Positions 48,047 to 59,039 of a DNA stretch of 64,000 bases are shown one piece after another (the stretch's first letter is position 1; the number at the start of each line of letters is the position of its first letter). Source of the stretch: an uncultured Gemmatimonadaceae bacterium (GTDB lineage Bacteria; Gemmatimonadota; Gemmatimonadetes; Gemmatimonadales; Gemmatimonadaceae). Location: positions 2,656,001 through 2,720,000 of the forward strand of contig CAWJMB010000002.1 of assembly GCA_963843845.1 (NCBI GenBank). The letters are read 5' to 3'. The position numbers and the translations under genes are program-made. The notes under the pieces are model-generated. The model had not been told where the DNA came from, did no database searches, and was given only the letters and a program-made list of their open reading frames with translations.

Positions 48047-48478
48047 TCAGTGAATCGTCGCGGCCGCGGGGCCGTCGTCGAACCCGGCGCTGTCGAGCAG
48101 CGCGCGCAGTTCGGCGAGGCCGATGCGGCCGTCAGTATGCTGGAGAGCGCGGTCGATCAGCTGCTCGCGCTCGAAGGGGGTCAGCGTGCCGGCGGCCGTG
48201 AGCGCGAGGAGCTGGCCCCACGCGTCGGAGGCGAAGCGTGTGCGCTCGTGCGCCGCGAGAACACGAAACGTCGGGCCGTCGTGCCGCGGCGTGGTGCTCC
48301 GCGCGGCCTCAGCATGCTCTCCGCCGCCAAGGTGCGTCGCGAACTCGGCGAGGATCTCGCCGATCTGACGCGCGTCGTACCCTCGCGACGCGAGGTAGAC
48401 CTCGACCTCGCGGACGTCGGCCCCGGGCGCGAAGCGCTCGCGGAGCTCGGTCAGCAAGGCGGACAGCGTGTCGGTCAT
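48047..48478 (-). CDS. DUF494/Smg family protein
   Basis: YLASRGYD..I; FRVLAAHE..; EREQLIDRAL; upstream of topA. Confidence 0.75.
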   Translation of the reverse strand: MTDTLSALLTELRERFAPGADVREVEVYLASRGYDARQIGEILAEFATHLGGGEHAEAARSTTPRHDGPTFRVLAAHERTRFASDAWGQLLALTAAGTLTPFEREQLIDRALQHTDGRIGLAELRALLDSAGFDDGPAAATIH

Positions 48479-48501
48479 GGGGTGCAGGGGCGGAGGGCGA
48501 G

Positions 48502-49039
48502 TCACAGCACGACGTTCGCGAGTCCGCCCGTCACGGCGGCGAGCGTATCCGCCACTTCGTCGAGCGACAGCGCCTCGGTATCGAGGATGTCGTCGGCCGT
48601 CGCGTAGAGTGCGGCGCGGCGGCGGCGCAGGGCGTCGAGCGCGGCGAGCGGATCGTCGCCGGCGAGCAGCGGGCGGGCGCCGAGCGCGTCGCCCATGCGG
48701 GCGAGTGCGGTCTCCGGGCTCACACGCAGGTAGATGATACGCGCCGACGGTCGCAATGTTGCCGAGGCGAGCGCATTGGCCATCCATCCGCCCCCGGGCG
48801 CGAGCACCATCGGCGCCCGATCGACGAGCTCCTCGGACAGCGCGACCTCACTCGCACGAAAGGCGGACTCGCCGTCGCGCGCGAACAGCTCGCGCGACCG
48901 AGCACCCCGCTCGGCGCTCCAGTTCGGCGTCGAAGTCGAGGAAGGGCCGGCCGATCCGCGCGGCGAGCCGGCGGCCGACCGCGGTCTTTCCGGCGCCCGG
49001 GAGCCCGACGAGCACGATGTGACACTCGGCGCAGGTCAC
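48502..49039 (-). CDS. aroK: Shikimate kinase (frameshifted)
   Basis: [24 protein letters not shown]. Confidence 0.88.
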
Positions 49040-50254
49040 GCGACCGGCTCCGTGGCGGGCTCGACCACGATCCGCTCGCCGACGCGAGCGAGGTACCCGT
49101 CGTAGTTCCGCCGCGTCTCGGTCAGCGAGTCGCCGCCGAACTTCTCGAGGAAGGCCTGGGCGAGCACGAATGCCGCCATCGCTTCGGCGATCACGCCCAT
49201 CGCCGGGACGGCCGTGACGTCGCTGCGCTCCGCCGTCGCGGCGGCGGGCCCCGATGTCGCGACGTCGATCGTCTCGAGGGGGCGCATGAGGGTGCTGATC
49301 GGCTTCATCGCGACGCGCAGCACGAGCGGCTCGCCGGTCGTCATCCCGCCTTCCAGTCCGCCCGCGCGGTTCGTGCGGCGACGGACGTGGCCGGTACGCA
49401 GCCGCGCCGGTGCGAGCTCGATCTCGTCGTGCACGTCGGCGCCGGTGCGGCGCGCCGTCTCGAAGCCCATCCCGACTTCGACCCCCTTCACCGCGGGGAT
49501 GGACAGCATCGCCTGGGCGAGACGTCCGTCGAGCTTGCGATCCCAGCTCACGTGCGAGCCGAGCCCGACCGGCAGCCCGTCGACAGACGATCTCGCAGAT
49601 GCCGCCCAGCGTGTTGCCGGCTCGTTTGGTGACGTCGATGAGCGCGATCATGCGCGACTCCGCGTCAGGGTCGAGCGTGCGGAGCGGGCTGCCGTCCGCC
49701 GCCGCGTTCAGGTCGGCCGGGAGCGACACTGCTGTCGCGTCGATGCCGCCAAGGTGCACGAGGTGGCTGCCGATGCGGACGCCGAACTCGGCGAGGAGTC
49801 GGCGGCAGATCGCGCCGGCGGCGACGCGCGCCGTCGTCTCCCTGGCGGACGCACGCTCGAGGATGTCGCGGGCGTCGCTGCGGTCGTATTTCAGGACGCC
49901 CGTCAGGTCGGCGTGCCCCGGCCGAACGCGCGTGACCGCTCGGCGGCGTGGGTCGGGATCGCCGGCGTGGGGGGCCGGGTCCATGACGTCCTGCCAGTTC
50001 TTCCAGTCGGTGTTGCGGATCAGCATCGCGACCGGCGCGCCGATCGTCTCGCCGGCGCGCACGCCAGTCAGGAACTCGACCTGGTCGCGCTCGATCTGCA
50101 TGCGACGCCCTCGCCCGTAGCCCTGCTGCCGACGGGCGAGCTCGTGGTCGACGTGCTCGGCCAGCAGGGGCAGGCCGGCCGGGACGCCTTCGAGGATCGA
50201 GACGAGCGCCGGGCCGTGCGATTCGCCGGCGGTGGTGAAACGCAGTGCAGACAT
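49036..50254 (-). CDS. aroC: Chorismate synthase (frameshifted near 49585)
   Basis: [37 protein letters not shown]. Confidence 0.95.
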
Positions 50255-50326
50255 CTATAGAGTGCGGGAGACGATCGACTGGTCGCGGAAGCTATTCGCG
50301 TGGTCAACCCCTCCCGCACGCCGGCC

Positions 50327-52789
50327 TCACCGCATGCGCACCCCGGCCGCGCACGCCGACGTGAACGGCTGGTCGACCGTCACGGTGATGACGCCGGTCG
50401 CCGAGGCGCCGACGAGCACGAGGCGGCCGTCGGGGCGCACCGACGACTTGATCGGACCGACGATCGGGTCGCGGACTTCGATGACGCCGACTTTCTGGTA
50501 GCAGTAGCTGTCGAAGACATCGATGCGCGGCCCCTCGCTCGCCGAGAACGCGAGTCGGGTCGACGCGGTCTCGGAGCTGAGGCCGGTGTTGCCGGGGTGG
50601 AAGTCGAAGCCGGCGTTGCTGCCGCCCGACGTCTGGATCAGCCCCTGGAGCCGGAGGGTCGGGTCGATGATGTACGTCGAGTCGGCGCGGATCGCCGACA
50701 GCGCCCCGTCGAAGTTGATCGCCACGCCGAGCACGCGGGCGGCCGAATTGACGACGTAGTCGGAGATGTCGAAGTAGCGCGAGACCCCCTCGTCGATCAT
50801 CGGGAACGAGTAGACGTACTGATTCCCGATCATCGTGAACGGCGTCACGGTCTGCATGCCGCGGCCCGCGTCGTAGAGCAGGGCGCGACTCGACTTCACC
50901 GGACCGCCTTCGCCGATGACGGCGCGTCGGAAGTTCCCGGAGTTGCGGACGAACGTCGTGTCGCGGAAGGCGAGGTTGCCGACGTTGACGACGACCGACA
51001 CGCGCACCGAGTCGCCGAGCGTGCCGTAGGCCCACTGCGAGTAGGGCACGAGCACCGAGTCGGCGCCGACGCCCTGCGCGGCGTAGCGGGTGATCTCGAG
51101 CGTGTCCGACCGCTTCGCCTCCTGGCCGATCGCCTGCTCGTAGAGGAAGTGCGAGGCGTGCGTCTTGAGATTCTCCCACCGCACCGAGCCGCGATTCGTG
51201 AACGGCGTCGGCTGCGCGCCGGTCGGCGTGGTCGAGTAGACGACGATCGCGTCGGCGCAGAGCCCCGTCCCGTCGGGGGTCGAGCAGGTCGCGGCGAGGT
51301 ACTGCGGACGGTCGCTGAAGTCGTAGCAGGTGCGCTGCTGGAACTTCTCCCCCGACGTCGCCACCTCGGTCGTGACGGTGCAGACGTGCATGTTCGGGAG
51401 CGGGTAGCGGTACACCTCGCGCCCCGTCGAGCCGCGCCGCAGATCGACGTAGCTGATGTTCGTGCCGCCGGAGTTGGCGATGAGGAGCGTGTCCCCCCCG
51501 GTGCCGTCGCGGTGGCGGGGCCAGGGCGCGATGCCCCAGGGACGCGAGCCGACGATGACCGGCGCGAGGAACTGGGTGTCGGCGAGACTGAACACCTCGA
51601 GCTGGTTCCGCTCGATGTTCGTGAGATACAGCCGGTCGTAGCGCTGGAGATAGATCGCGTCGGCGAGGCGGCCGCCGTTCGGCAGGCCGCGCGTGAGGCC
51701 GGCGACGAGCAGCGTCGTGTCGGCGCGGTCGGCGCCCGAGGCGAGCTTCGCGAGGCTGCGGCGGCCGGCGCCGTTCACCGCGAACGTCTTCACGACGAGC
51801 TGCGCCGGCGGGGTGACGCGAACCCGCCAGGTGAACGTCGTCTCCGCGGCGGTCAGGCGCCCCGACGAGGCGACCGAGTCGGACGCGACGAGCGCGCCGG
51901 CGAGCGTGCGCACCTCGTAGCCGAGCCGCGTGATGCCCGTCGGGTCGGTGGCGGCGACGCGCACCGTATCGTAGACCTCCGCGCGACGTGCGAGTCCGGG
52001 CGAGACGACCGGCACGCTGTTGACCGCGCTGAGCGGCTGCACGCTGTACGAGACCGGATCCCCCGAGGCGCGCTGGCCGAGCGAGTCGATGACGAACGGC
52101 GTCACGACGAGCACGCCCGCCTTGGTCGTGTCGGGGATGGCGATCGTGTCGAGGAGCGCGACCGTGTCGCGGAGCGGCGCCTTGAACAGCGTCGAGTCGG
52201 TCGTGACGTACGGGCCGCTCGTCGTGTAGCCGACCGCGCGTACGCGGAGCTGCGAGCGCGCGCTGAGGGAGATGACGCCGGACTTGCCGACGACGAACAG
52301 CGTTCCGCCCGTCGGGCCGGTGACGCTCACCTTCGGCGGCGCGACGTTGCCGACCATGAGCGACAGCGTGTCGGGGCGCGACTGGTTCGTCGCGCCGTCG
52401 ACGGCGTCGGCGACGACGGTGACGATCGAGCCGGTCGGTACGCCGCGCGCGACGGCGATCGAGAACGGGAGCGACACGTTCGTCACGGCCGTCGTGAACG
52501 TCGTGTCGTAGCTCCCTTTCACGCCGCCCGTGAGCCGGACGCGGACGGTCTTCACGCCGAGGTCGTCGGCGGCGTCGACCGCGAACGCGATCACGCTGTC
52601 AGCTGCAACGGACTTCCGGAGCGTGACGCGCGGCGCGGCCTTGTCGCCGATCGTCGACACCAGGGCGTCCGACTGCGCGCCGCACCCGCCGAGGAAGAGC
52701 AGGGCGAGGACGGCGCCGAGGGCGCGGAACACGCGGAGGATGCGCGGCCCCTCGCCGTCGTGCGGACTGGAAGGAGAACGGTTCGGCAT
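50327..52789 (-). CDS. Large lipoprotein with Ig-like repeats and a probable beta-propeller
   Basis: Lipobox LGGC; beta-rich repeats; VGSRPWGIA..LLIANSGG (YVTN-like). Confidence 0.6.
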   Translation of the reverse strand: MPNRSPSSPHDGEGPRILRVFRALGAVLALLFLGGCGAQSDALVSTIGDKAAPRVTLRKSVAADSVIAFAVDAADDLGVKTVRVRLTGGVKGSYDTTFTTAVTNVSLPFSIAVARGVPTGSIVTVVADAVDGATNQSRPDTLSLMVGNVAPPKVSVTGPTGGTLFVVGKSGVISLSARSQLRVRAVGYTTSGPYVTTDSTLFKAPLRDTVALLDTIAIPDTTKAGVLVVTPFVIDSLGQRASGDPVSYSVQPLSAVNSVPVVSPGLARRAEVYDTVRVAATDPTGITRLGYEVRTLAGALVASDSVASSGRLTAAETTFTWRVRVTPPAQLVVKTFAVNGAGRRSLAKLASGADRADTTLLVAGLTRGLPNGGRLADAIYLQRYDRLYLTNIERNQLEVFSLADTQFLAPVIVGSRPWGIAPWPRHRDGTGGDTLLIANSGGTNISYVDLRRGSTGREVYRYPLPNMHVCTVTTEVATSGEKFQQRTCYDFSDRPQYLAATCSTPDGTGLCADAIVVYSTTPTGAQPTPFTNRGSVRWENLKTHASHFLYEQAIGQEAKRSDTLEITRYAAQGVGADSVLVPYSQWAYGTLGDSVRVSVVVNVGNLAFRDTTFVRNSGNFRRAVIGEGGPVKSSRALLYDAGRGMQTVTPFTMIGNQYVYSFPMIDEGVSRYFDISDYVVNSAARVLGVAINFDGALSAIRADSTYIIDPTLRLQGLIQTSGGSNAGFDFHPGNTGLSSETASTRLAFSASEGPRIDVFDSYCYQKVGVIEVRDPIVGPIKSSVRPDGRLVLVGASATGVITVTVDQPFTSACAAGVRMR

Positions 52790-52797
52790 GACGGCGC

Positions 52798-54950
52798 CTA
52801 GCGGCGGATGGTGGGGGCGGGCGCCGGCTCCCCCTCGTCGAGGATGTGCGGCGTGATGAGGATGAGGAGGTCGCGCTTCGTCTCCGACGTCGTCGTCTGC
52901 CCGAACAGGCGTCCGACGAGCGGCAGGTCGACGAGGAACGGGATGCCGGTGCGCGTCTTCGACTTCTCGGTGACCGTGAGGCCGCCGATGACCGCCGTCT
53001 CGCCGTCGCCGACGAGGAGCTGGTTGTCGGCGCGCTGGCGGTTGAACACGACGCCGACGTCCGACGGCCCGATCTGCGCATTCGAGTTCTCGGCGTTCAC
53101 GGAGAGCACGACGTTGCGGTTGTTCGTGACCTGGGGCGTGACGCTGAGCTTGATGCCGGCCTCTTCGAGCCGGACCGTGGCGCGGGGGAACGCGCCTCCG
53201 CTCCCTCCGGCGCCGCCGGCCCCGCCCGCGCTCGCGTCGATGACGCGGATCGGGATCTGCTGGCCGACGAAGATCTCCGCGGTGCGATTGTTCAGCGTGA
53301 CGATCGTCGGCTCCGACTGGATGTCGGCGAGCGACGACTGCTGCAACAGGTTCAGGAAGCTCGTGAGTTGAAAGCGCCCGATCGTCGCCGAGTAGATGAG
53401 GTTCAGGGCGGAGGGCGCGAGCGCGCGGTCCGCGTTCGCGAGCGCGGAGAGCGCGTTGCCGCCCACCGAGATGCGGTCCCCGTCGAACGGAGCGCCGCCG
53501 CCCAACGCGTCGTTCACGCCGTCGCCGTTCGTGTCGACCGGCTTGCGGGTGGTCGGGTCGATGCGCTTGACGAGCTGGTTGAAGAACTGCTGCGCGCCGG
53601 TGCCGAGGTCGTACGAGACGCCGATGTCCTCGAGGCCGGTGCGGTTGACGAAGATGATCTTCGCCTTGATCGCGACCTGGGGCGTGCGGACGTCGAGCTG
53701 CTGCAACCGCGCGACGATCTCCGGCATGTGCGACGGAACGTCGGTGATGAGCAGCTTGTTCGTCGCGGTGTCCGCGGTGACGGCGCCGCGCACGAGGCAG
53801 CTCCGCCCCCCGCCGCCTGCCCCGACGCGCCGCCGGCGCTCGACGGATTCGCGACTTCGGCGCCGGGCGCGACGCCGCAGTCGCGCGACAGCAGCGTCTC
53901 GATCACCGACCGGATCGACGACGCTTTCGCGTAGTTGATGTCGATGATCTGCGTCATCAGCGGCTCCACGGCGCGCGTCAGCGCGATGTTCTTGTAGCTG
54001 TCGACGGTGATGATGGCGCTCTTGTCCTCGGACGCGGCGAGGCCCTGCGCGCGGAGGATCGCCTGGAGCGCGACGTCCCACGGCTGCTCCTTGATCTCCG
54101 CCGTGACCGCGCCGCTGACCTCGCGCCCGACGATGATGGTGCGCCCCGAGAAGGAGGCGAACGTCGCGACGACGTCGTGGATGTCGGTGGCGGCGAACGT
54201 CGTCGTGATCTTCGGCGCCGTCGCGGCGCGCGCGACGGGCTCGGCGCGGGTCGGCTCGACACGGGTGTGCTCGGCGCGCACCGGCTCGTGGCCCGGGGCG
54301 ACGCGCTCGGCCCGCTCGGCCCGCTCGACACGCTCGACACGCTGATCGATGCGCTGCTCCAGCGCCGCTTCCAGGTGCGCCTCGCGCGCGGAGTCGCGGG
54401 CCGGCTCCGTCGCGGGCGCGACCGACACGGCGCCGCTCTGCCACGGCGCGAACTCGCTCGCGGCGCCCTTCACGATGACGTGCACCTCGCCGTTCGCCTG
54501 GCGCACTTCGTAGCCGCGGAGCATGTCCAGCTCGACGACGATGCGGACGACGCCGGCGCGGAACTGCGACAGGCGCACGTTCGTCACGCCGCCGCGCGCC
54601 GTGCGGTCGTATGCCCGCGCCGCATGCGCGAGCGTCGCGCCGGCGATGTCGACGACCACGCGGTGCGGCGACGTCAGCACGAAGTCCTGCACCGTGACCG
54701 GCTGTCCGACGTGGATGCTCACGTCCGCCGAGCCGCCGTCGGTCGCGGTGCCGCCCGTGGGCGCGACGCGGACCGCGGTCACGGCGCCGCGCGCGGGGGC
54801 CGCGGCGAGCCGCGCGCTGCGAAACGCCGCCGGCGCCGTCGTGGGTGCCGCCGTCGTGGGTGCCGCCGTCGGCGCCGCCGTCGGCGCCGACGGCGTCGGG
54901 GCGGCGTGCAGCGCGGCGGCCGCGGTGATCAGAGTGCCAACGCCTCTCAT
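52798..54950 (-). CDS. pilQ: Type IV pilus secretin with AMIN domain (frameshifted near 53800)
   Basis: PHRVVVDI (AMIN), QVAIKAKI, GIKLSVTPQV, GIPFLVDLPLVGRLF, LLILITPHI. Confidence 0.9.
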
Positions 54951-55453
54951 TTGCTCCTCACTGCAGTTGAATCGCTGAGCGCCAGCGTCTCCTGGCGGCT
55001 GTAACCGAGCTCCTCGATCGTGAAGACGACGGCCTTCTGGCGGATCGCGGCGACGCGCATGCGGCCTAACGGGGTGCCGACGCGCACGCGGTGTTGCTGC
55101 TTCGAGTTGACGTCGCGAAGGATCGCGACCGACGCGCCGGCCGGGTCGTACGCCACGGCCACGAGCCGCAGCTCGGCGAGCGCGGGGCGCAGGACGGTCG
55201 TCGTCATGAGCGAGCGGAAGGGGTCGCGGCGACCGGCGCCGGCGTAGTCGTAGACCTCGCGCTCGATGGTGACCTCGGTCAGCGGCTTCTTCGCCGCCGT
55301 GACGGTCGACGGCGCCGACGCGTGCGTCGGTGCGGCGTGCCGGTCGGCGACGGCGTGCACGGCGGTCTGCGCGCCGAGCGACGTCGCGGCGATCGCGGTC
55401 GCGAGTGCGGCGCCGAGCGCCGCGCGGCAGGCGCCTGAGGGGCGGCAGCTCAT
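54947..55453 (-). CDS. PilP-like protein
   Basis: GRRDPF motif; between pilO and pilQ. Confidence 0.65.
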   Translation of the reverse strand: MSCRPSGACRAALGAALATAIAATSLGAQTAVHAVADRHAAPTHASAPSTVTAAKKPLTEVTIEREVYDYAGAGRRDPFRSLMTTTVLRPALAELRLVAVAYDPAGASVAILRDVNSKQQHRVRVGTPLGRMRVAAIRQKAVVFTIEELGYSRQETLALSDSTAVRSK

Positions 55454-56094
55454 GGAATCGTCTCCCCGGCTCGGGTTTCGGCGTGCTCCGACGAGTCGCG
55501 CCCGGCGCCGGGGACCGGCGCATGCGCGACGAACGCCTGCAGCGTGACCGAGGCGGCGAGCGGCGCGGCCTTGCCGGTCGCGCCCTTCGCCGCCGCCTCG
55601 TTCGTCATGGCGAGCGTGAACGTCACCGGCGCGACGATGCGTGGCAGCGAGCCCACGTTCGCGAGGAAATGCGCGAGCGCGTGGTAGCCGCCGGTCGCCG
55701 AGATGCGATAGCGGTAGGTGTCGAGTTCGTCGCCGCGGAGGACCGGCTCGGGCGTGACGCCGGCGATCTCGAGTCCGGCGCGGCGCGCGGCGGTCGAGAT
55801 CTCCTCGAGCAGGGCGGGCACCTCGTGCTCGGTCGGGACGAGTCGCTGCATCGCCTCGAGCCCCGCGCCGGCGCGCGCCGCTTCGGCCTTCAGCGTCTCG
55901 ACGTCGCGGCGCGACGCCTGGACGCGCGCCTTCGCATTCTGCGACTCGAGCGCGTCGATGTGCTCGCGCACCGCGTCGAGCTCCGCGGCCTGCGCGGTGT
56001 ACGGATAGGCGTAGTAGTAGCCGGCGAGCGCGAGCGCGACGACGGCGATCGCGACCTTCGTCTGGTCGCGCTGCGAGCTGGGAAGGAGACCCAC
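55450..56094 (-). CDS. pilO: Type IV pilus assembly protein PilO
   Basis: TM plus coiled coil; LVPTEHEVPALLEEI; GGYHALAHFL..LPRIV. Confidence 0.85.
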   Translation of the reverse strand: MGLLPSSQRDQTKVAIAVVALALAGYYYAYPYTAQAAELDAVREHIDALESQNAKARVQASRRDVETLKAEAARAGAGLEAMQRLVPTEHEVPALLEEISTAARRAGLEIAGVTPEPVLRGDELDTYRYRISATGGYHALAHFLANVGSLPRIVAPVTFTLAMTNEAAAKGATGKAAPLAASVTLQAFVAHAPVPGAGRDSSEHAETRAGETIP

Positions 56095-56096
56095 GG

Positions 56097-56861
56097 CTAC
56101 CTCACGGGGACGATGATCGACGTCGTTCGCAGCGCCGACCGCGGCGCGTGCTCGAACTCGGCGTCGAGCGTGAACTCGGTGATGTCGCGGCCAGCACCCG
56201 CCGCGGCGTTGCCGCCGGCGACAGGCTCGGAGTGCGCGAGCTGCACGCTGCGCACGAAGGGTGAGGATTCGAGGTCGCGCATGAACTGCGTGAGGGCCTG
56301 CAGGTCGACGGTCTGCCCGACGAGGCGGAAGCGGATCGCAGTCGACGCGGTGTCGGCCCCGTCCTTCCTGGTATCGGACGCTGCGCCGCCGGGCTTCGCG
56401 CCCTTCGGCTCCGCCTTCGCGAGCAGCACGGGCGGCGCGGCCGGGGCGCTCGTCTGCTGCACGCTCGTGAGCCACGTGTAGACGGGGAGCGTGCGGCTCA
56501 CCTCGTCGAGCAGGTGCGCCCAGACGTAGCGGTTGCTGTCGATCGCGGCGATCGCCCGCAGCTCGCGGGCGAGCGAGTCGCGGCGCGCGGTGGCGCGGAC
56601 GCGAGCCGCGATGACGGTGGCGAACCGTGCGGAGTCGCGGACCGCACCCTCCTCCTGCGTCGCGAGCCCGTCGCGCTCCTGCTGCTGCGTCGTGTACAGC
56701 CCGCCGACGGCCGCGCAGGCGACGAGGACCGCGGCGACGGCGCTCAGGAGGTACCGGTCGCGCAGCATCGTGAGGCGCCCGCCGAGCGCCGCGGTCGCGG
56801 CGAAGGGGCTCGGGCGGCGTCGGCGGCCGCGCTCGGGATGGAGATTGATGAGAATCAGCAC
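56097..56861 (-). CDS. pilN: Type IV pilus assembly protein PilN
   Basis: INLHP N-terminus, TM, LDEVSRTLP..WL, FMRDLESSP. Confidence 0.85.
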   Translation of the reverse strand: MLILINLHPERGRRRRPSPFAATAALGGRLTMLRDRYLLSAVAAVLVACAAVGGLYTTQQQERDGLATQEEGAVRDSARFATVIAARVRATARRDSLARELRAIAAIDSNRYVWAHLLDEVSRTLPVYTWLTSVQQTSAPAAPPVLLAKAEPKGAKPGGAASDTRKDGADTASTAIRFRLVGQTVDLQALTQFMRDLESSPFVRSVQLAHSEPVAGGNAAAGAGRDITEFTLDAEFEHAPRSALRTTSIIVPVR

Positions 56862-56865
56862 GGCG

Positions 56866-57906
56866 TCACGCGGCGCGGAGGGCGAGGCCGATCGGGAGCA
56901 TGAGCAGCGGCGCGACGGCGGCGACGTCGACATCGTCCAGCGCGCCGTCGAGGATCTCGAGCGCGGCGAGCGGGCTCGCCGGCTCGACCTGCACGCGGAG
57001 GTGGGCGCCCAACGCCTGCGCGAGGCCCGGCGCCTGCGCGCCGCCGCCGCAGAGGTAGAGCGCGCGCAGCGGGCGCGTCGATCGCGCGGCCGACTCGAGG
57101 AACGCCGCCGCCCGCTCGACGCCCGCCGCGATCTCTTCGGCATGGCGGGCGACGACGCGGTCCAGCCGGCCGTCGGAGACGCCGGCGCGCAGCAGCGCCT
57201 CTGCCTCACGGGCGGAGAGGCCGTGGTCCCGCTGCAAGTCCTCGCGCATGCGGCGCGTGCCGCAGGCGAGGTCGCGCGTGAGCGCCGGCACACCGTCGTC
57301 GAGCACGTTGACCGTCGTGACTTCGTGTCCGATGTTCGCGAGCGCGACGACGCCGTCGAGCGCCTCGGGGTAGTTCGTCGCGAAGGCGTTGTGCAACGCG
57401 AACGCCTCGACGTCCACGACGTCGGCGGTGGCGCCGGCGTCGGCGACGAGGCGAAGCTTCGCCTCGACGAGCTCGCGCTTCGCCGCGACGAGCAGCACGC
57501 TCATCTCGCGCCCTTCCGCGGCGGGGTCGAGGATCTGGAAGTCGAGCTGCACCGAGCTCATGTCGAACGGCACGTGCTGCTCCGCTTCCCACTTGAGCTG
57601 CTCGCGCGCCTGCGCTTCCGGCGCCCGCTCCGTCCGGATGCGCTTCACGATGACGTCGCGCCCGCCGACGGCGACGGCGACGCTCCGCGGCTTCACTCCC
57701 GTCGCCTGCATCGTCTCGCGCACGGCCTCGGCGACGAGCGCCGGGTCCATGATCTCGCCGTCGACGATCGCGTCGGCGGCCAGCGGCGTGACGACGACGC
57801 GCACGAGCGCCGGCGCGCCGCGCCCGTGATCGACGACGGCGGCTTTCACGAGCCCCGAGCCGATGTCGAGGCCGACGGCGGTTCTGTTGCGACGGAGGAA
57901 CGCCAT
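56866..57906 (-). CDS. pilM: Type IV pilus assembly protein PilM
   Basis: VGLDIGS, VAAK, LCGGGA, IGLALR. Confidence 0.92.
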   Translation of the reverse strand: MAFLRRNRTAVGLDIGSGLVKAAVVDHGRGAPALVRVVVTPLAADAIVDGEIMDPALVAEAVRETMQATGVKPRSVAVAVGGRDVIVKRIRTERAPEAQAREQLKWEAEQHVPFDMSSVQLDFQILDPAAEGREMSVLLVAAKRELVEAKLRLVADAGATADVVDVEAFALHNAFATNYPEALDGVVALANIGHEVTTVNVLDDGVPALTRDLACGTRRMREDLQRDHGLSAREAEALLRAGVSDGRLDRVVARHAEEIAAGVERAAAFLESAARSTRPLRALYLCGGGAQAPGLAQALGAHLRVQVEPASPLAALEILDGALDDVDVAAVAPLLMLPIGLALRAA

Positions 57907-58025
57907 GCTGATCCGAGGTGAAGGCTGATGCATCCGCGCCACAGCGTCGGATGTCGTCGTCCGTGCTCTACACGAGCCGACGCGGCGCAGGTAACAGGGG
58001 CGCGGGCGCAGACGCGTGTTTGGTG

Positions 58026-59039
58026 TCACCGTGTGACGAACGCGAGGCTGCGTCGTCCGGCCAGCGTCACGCGCGCCGCGCCGTCGCGCGCCCGCGCGTA
58101 GGCGCAGGATGACCAGCGAACGCGCGAGCCGGCGCCTAACGCGCCGCCGGCGACGGTCGCCTGGACGAACAGCGCGCCGTCGAGCTGCAGCGTGCCGCCG
58201 CCCGCGTGCAGGGCGCCGCGGACGACCATGATCCCGGCGAAGGTCACGAGGCCGTCGATCGTGAGGTCGCCGTCGACGAGCAGCATGCCCTGCCCCCGCG
58301 TCGGACCGCGCAGCGTGACCGCGCCGCGCGCGTGCGCGATCGGGAACGCGGCCGCGTCGGTGGGCGCGATCGGCGCGAGCGTCGCGACGGGAGAATCGAT
58401 CTGCACGGCGCCGCGCGCCGCGACCGCGCCGTATCGCTCGGCGCCGAAGGTGTCGTAGGTCGCGACATCGGCGTCGACGGCGGCGGCCGGCATCGGCGCC
58501 GACGGTGCGGCGCAGCCTGTCCAGCCGTCGGGCACGTGATCCGCGCCGTCGACCGTCGCGCCGTTCGCGAGCGCGATCGCGCTCCCCGCGGTGACGGCGC
58601 CGCGCGGGATCGGCGCCGCGGGCACGAGTCGGATCACGGCCGTCGTCGTCCGCTCGGCGCGGCGGCCGGCGCCGGGCGCGGACGCCCGGGCGTGCGCGGT
58701 GGCCTCGACGAGCAGTCGCGTCGCGTCGAGCCGCACGACTCGCGCGGTCACCGCGGCGTCGCCGACGCGCGGCAGGCCGATCGTGTCGGACGCGCCGACG
58801 GCGAGCTGGTTGCGGCGAACGTCCCACGGATGGCGAGCGAGCGCGACGGCGCCCTCCGCCGCGAGCGACGCGCGGAGCACCGCCGTCGCATCGCGCGCCG
58901 AGCGGTTCACGACGACGGCCGCGGTGAGCGTCCCGGCGCCCAGCGCCGCGATGATCGTGAGTGCGACGAGGGCCGACGCGAGCGCCATCCCGCGTCGCGG
59001 CGCCGGCGCGAGGCGAGCCGCGATCGGACGCCGCGTCAC
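58026..59039 (-). CDS. PilX-like minor pilin
   Basis: RRG/MALASALVALTII type III signal lacking Glu5. Confidence 0.65.
   Translation of the reverse strand: MTRRPIAARLAPAPRRGMALASALVALTIIAALGAGTLTAAVVVNRSARDATAVLRASLAAEGAVALARHPWDVRRNQLAVGASDTIGLPRVGDAAVTARVVRLDATRLLVEATAHARASAPGAGRRAERTTTAVIRLVPAAPIPRGAVTAGSAIALANGATVDGADHVPDGWTGCAAPSAPMPAAAVDADVATYDTFGAERYGAVAARGAVQIDSPVATLAPIAPTDAAAFPIAHARGAVTLRGPTRGQGMLLVDGDLTIDGLVTFAGIMVVRGALHAGGGTLQLDGALFVQATVAGGALGAGSRVRWSSCAYARARDGAARVTLAGRRSLAFVTR

Noticed and set aside
46037..52801. Long antisense ORFs (for example 46037-48607 and 50300-52801 on plus)
   Set aside because: Shadow ORFs of topA and the lipoprotein, typical of high-GC codon bias, with no recognisable motifs.
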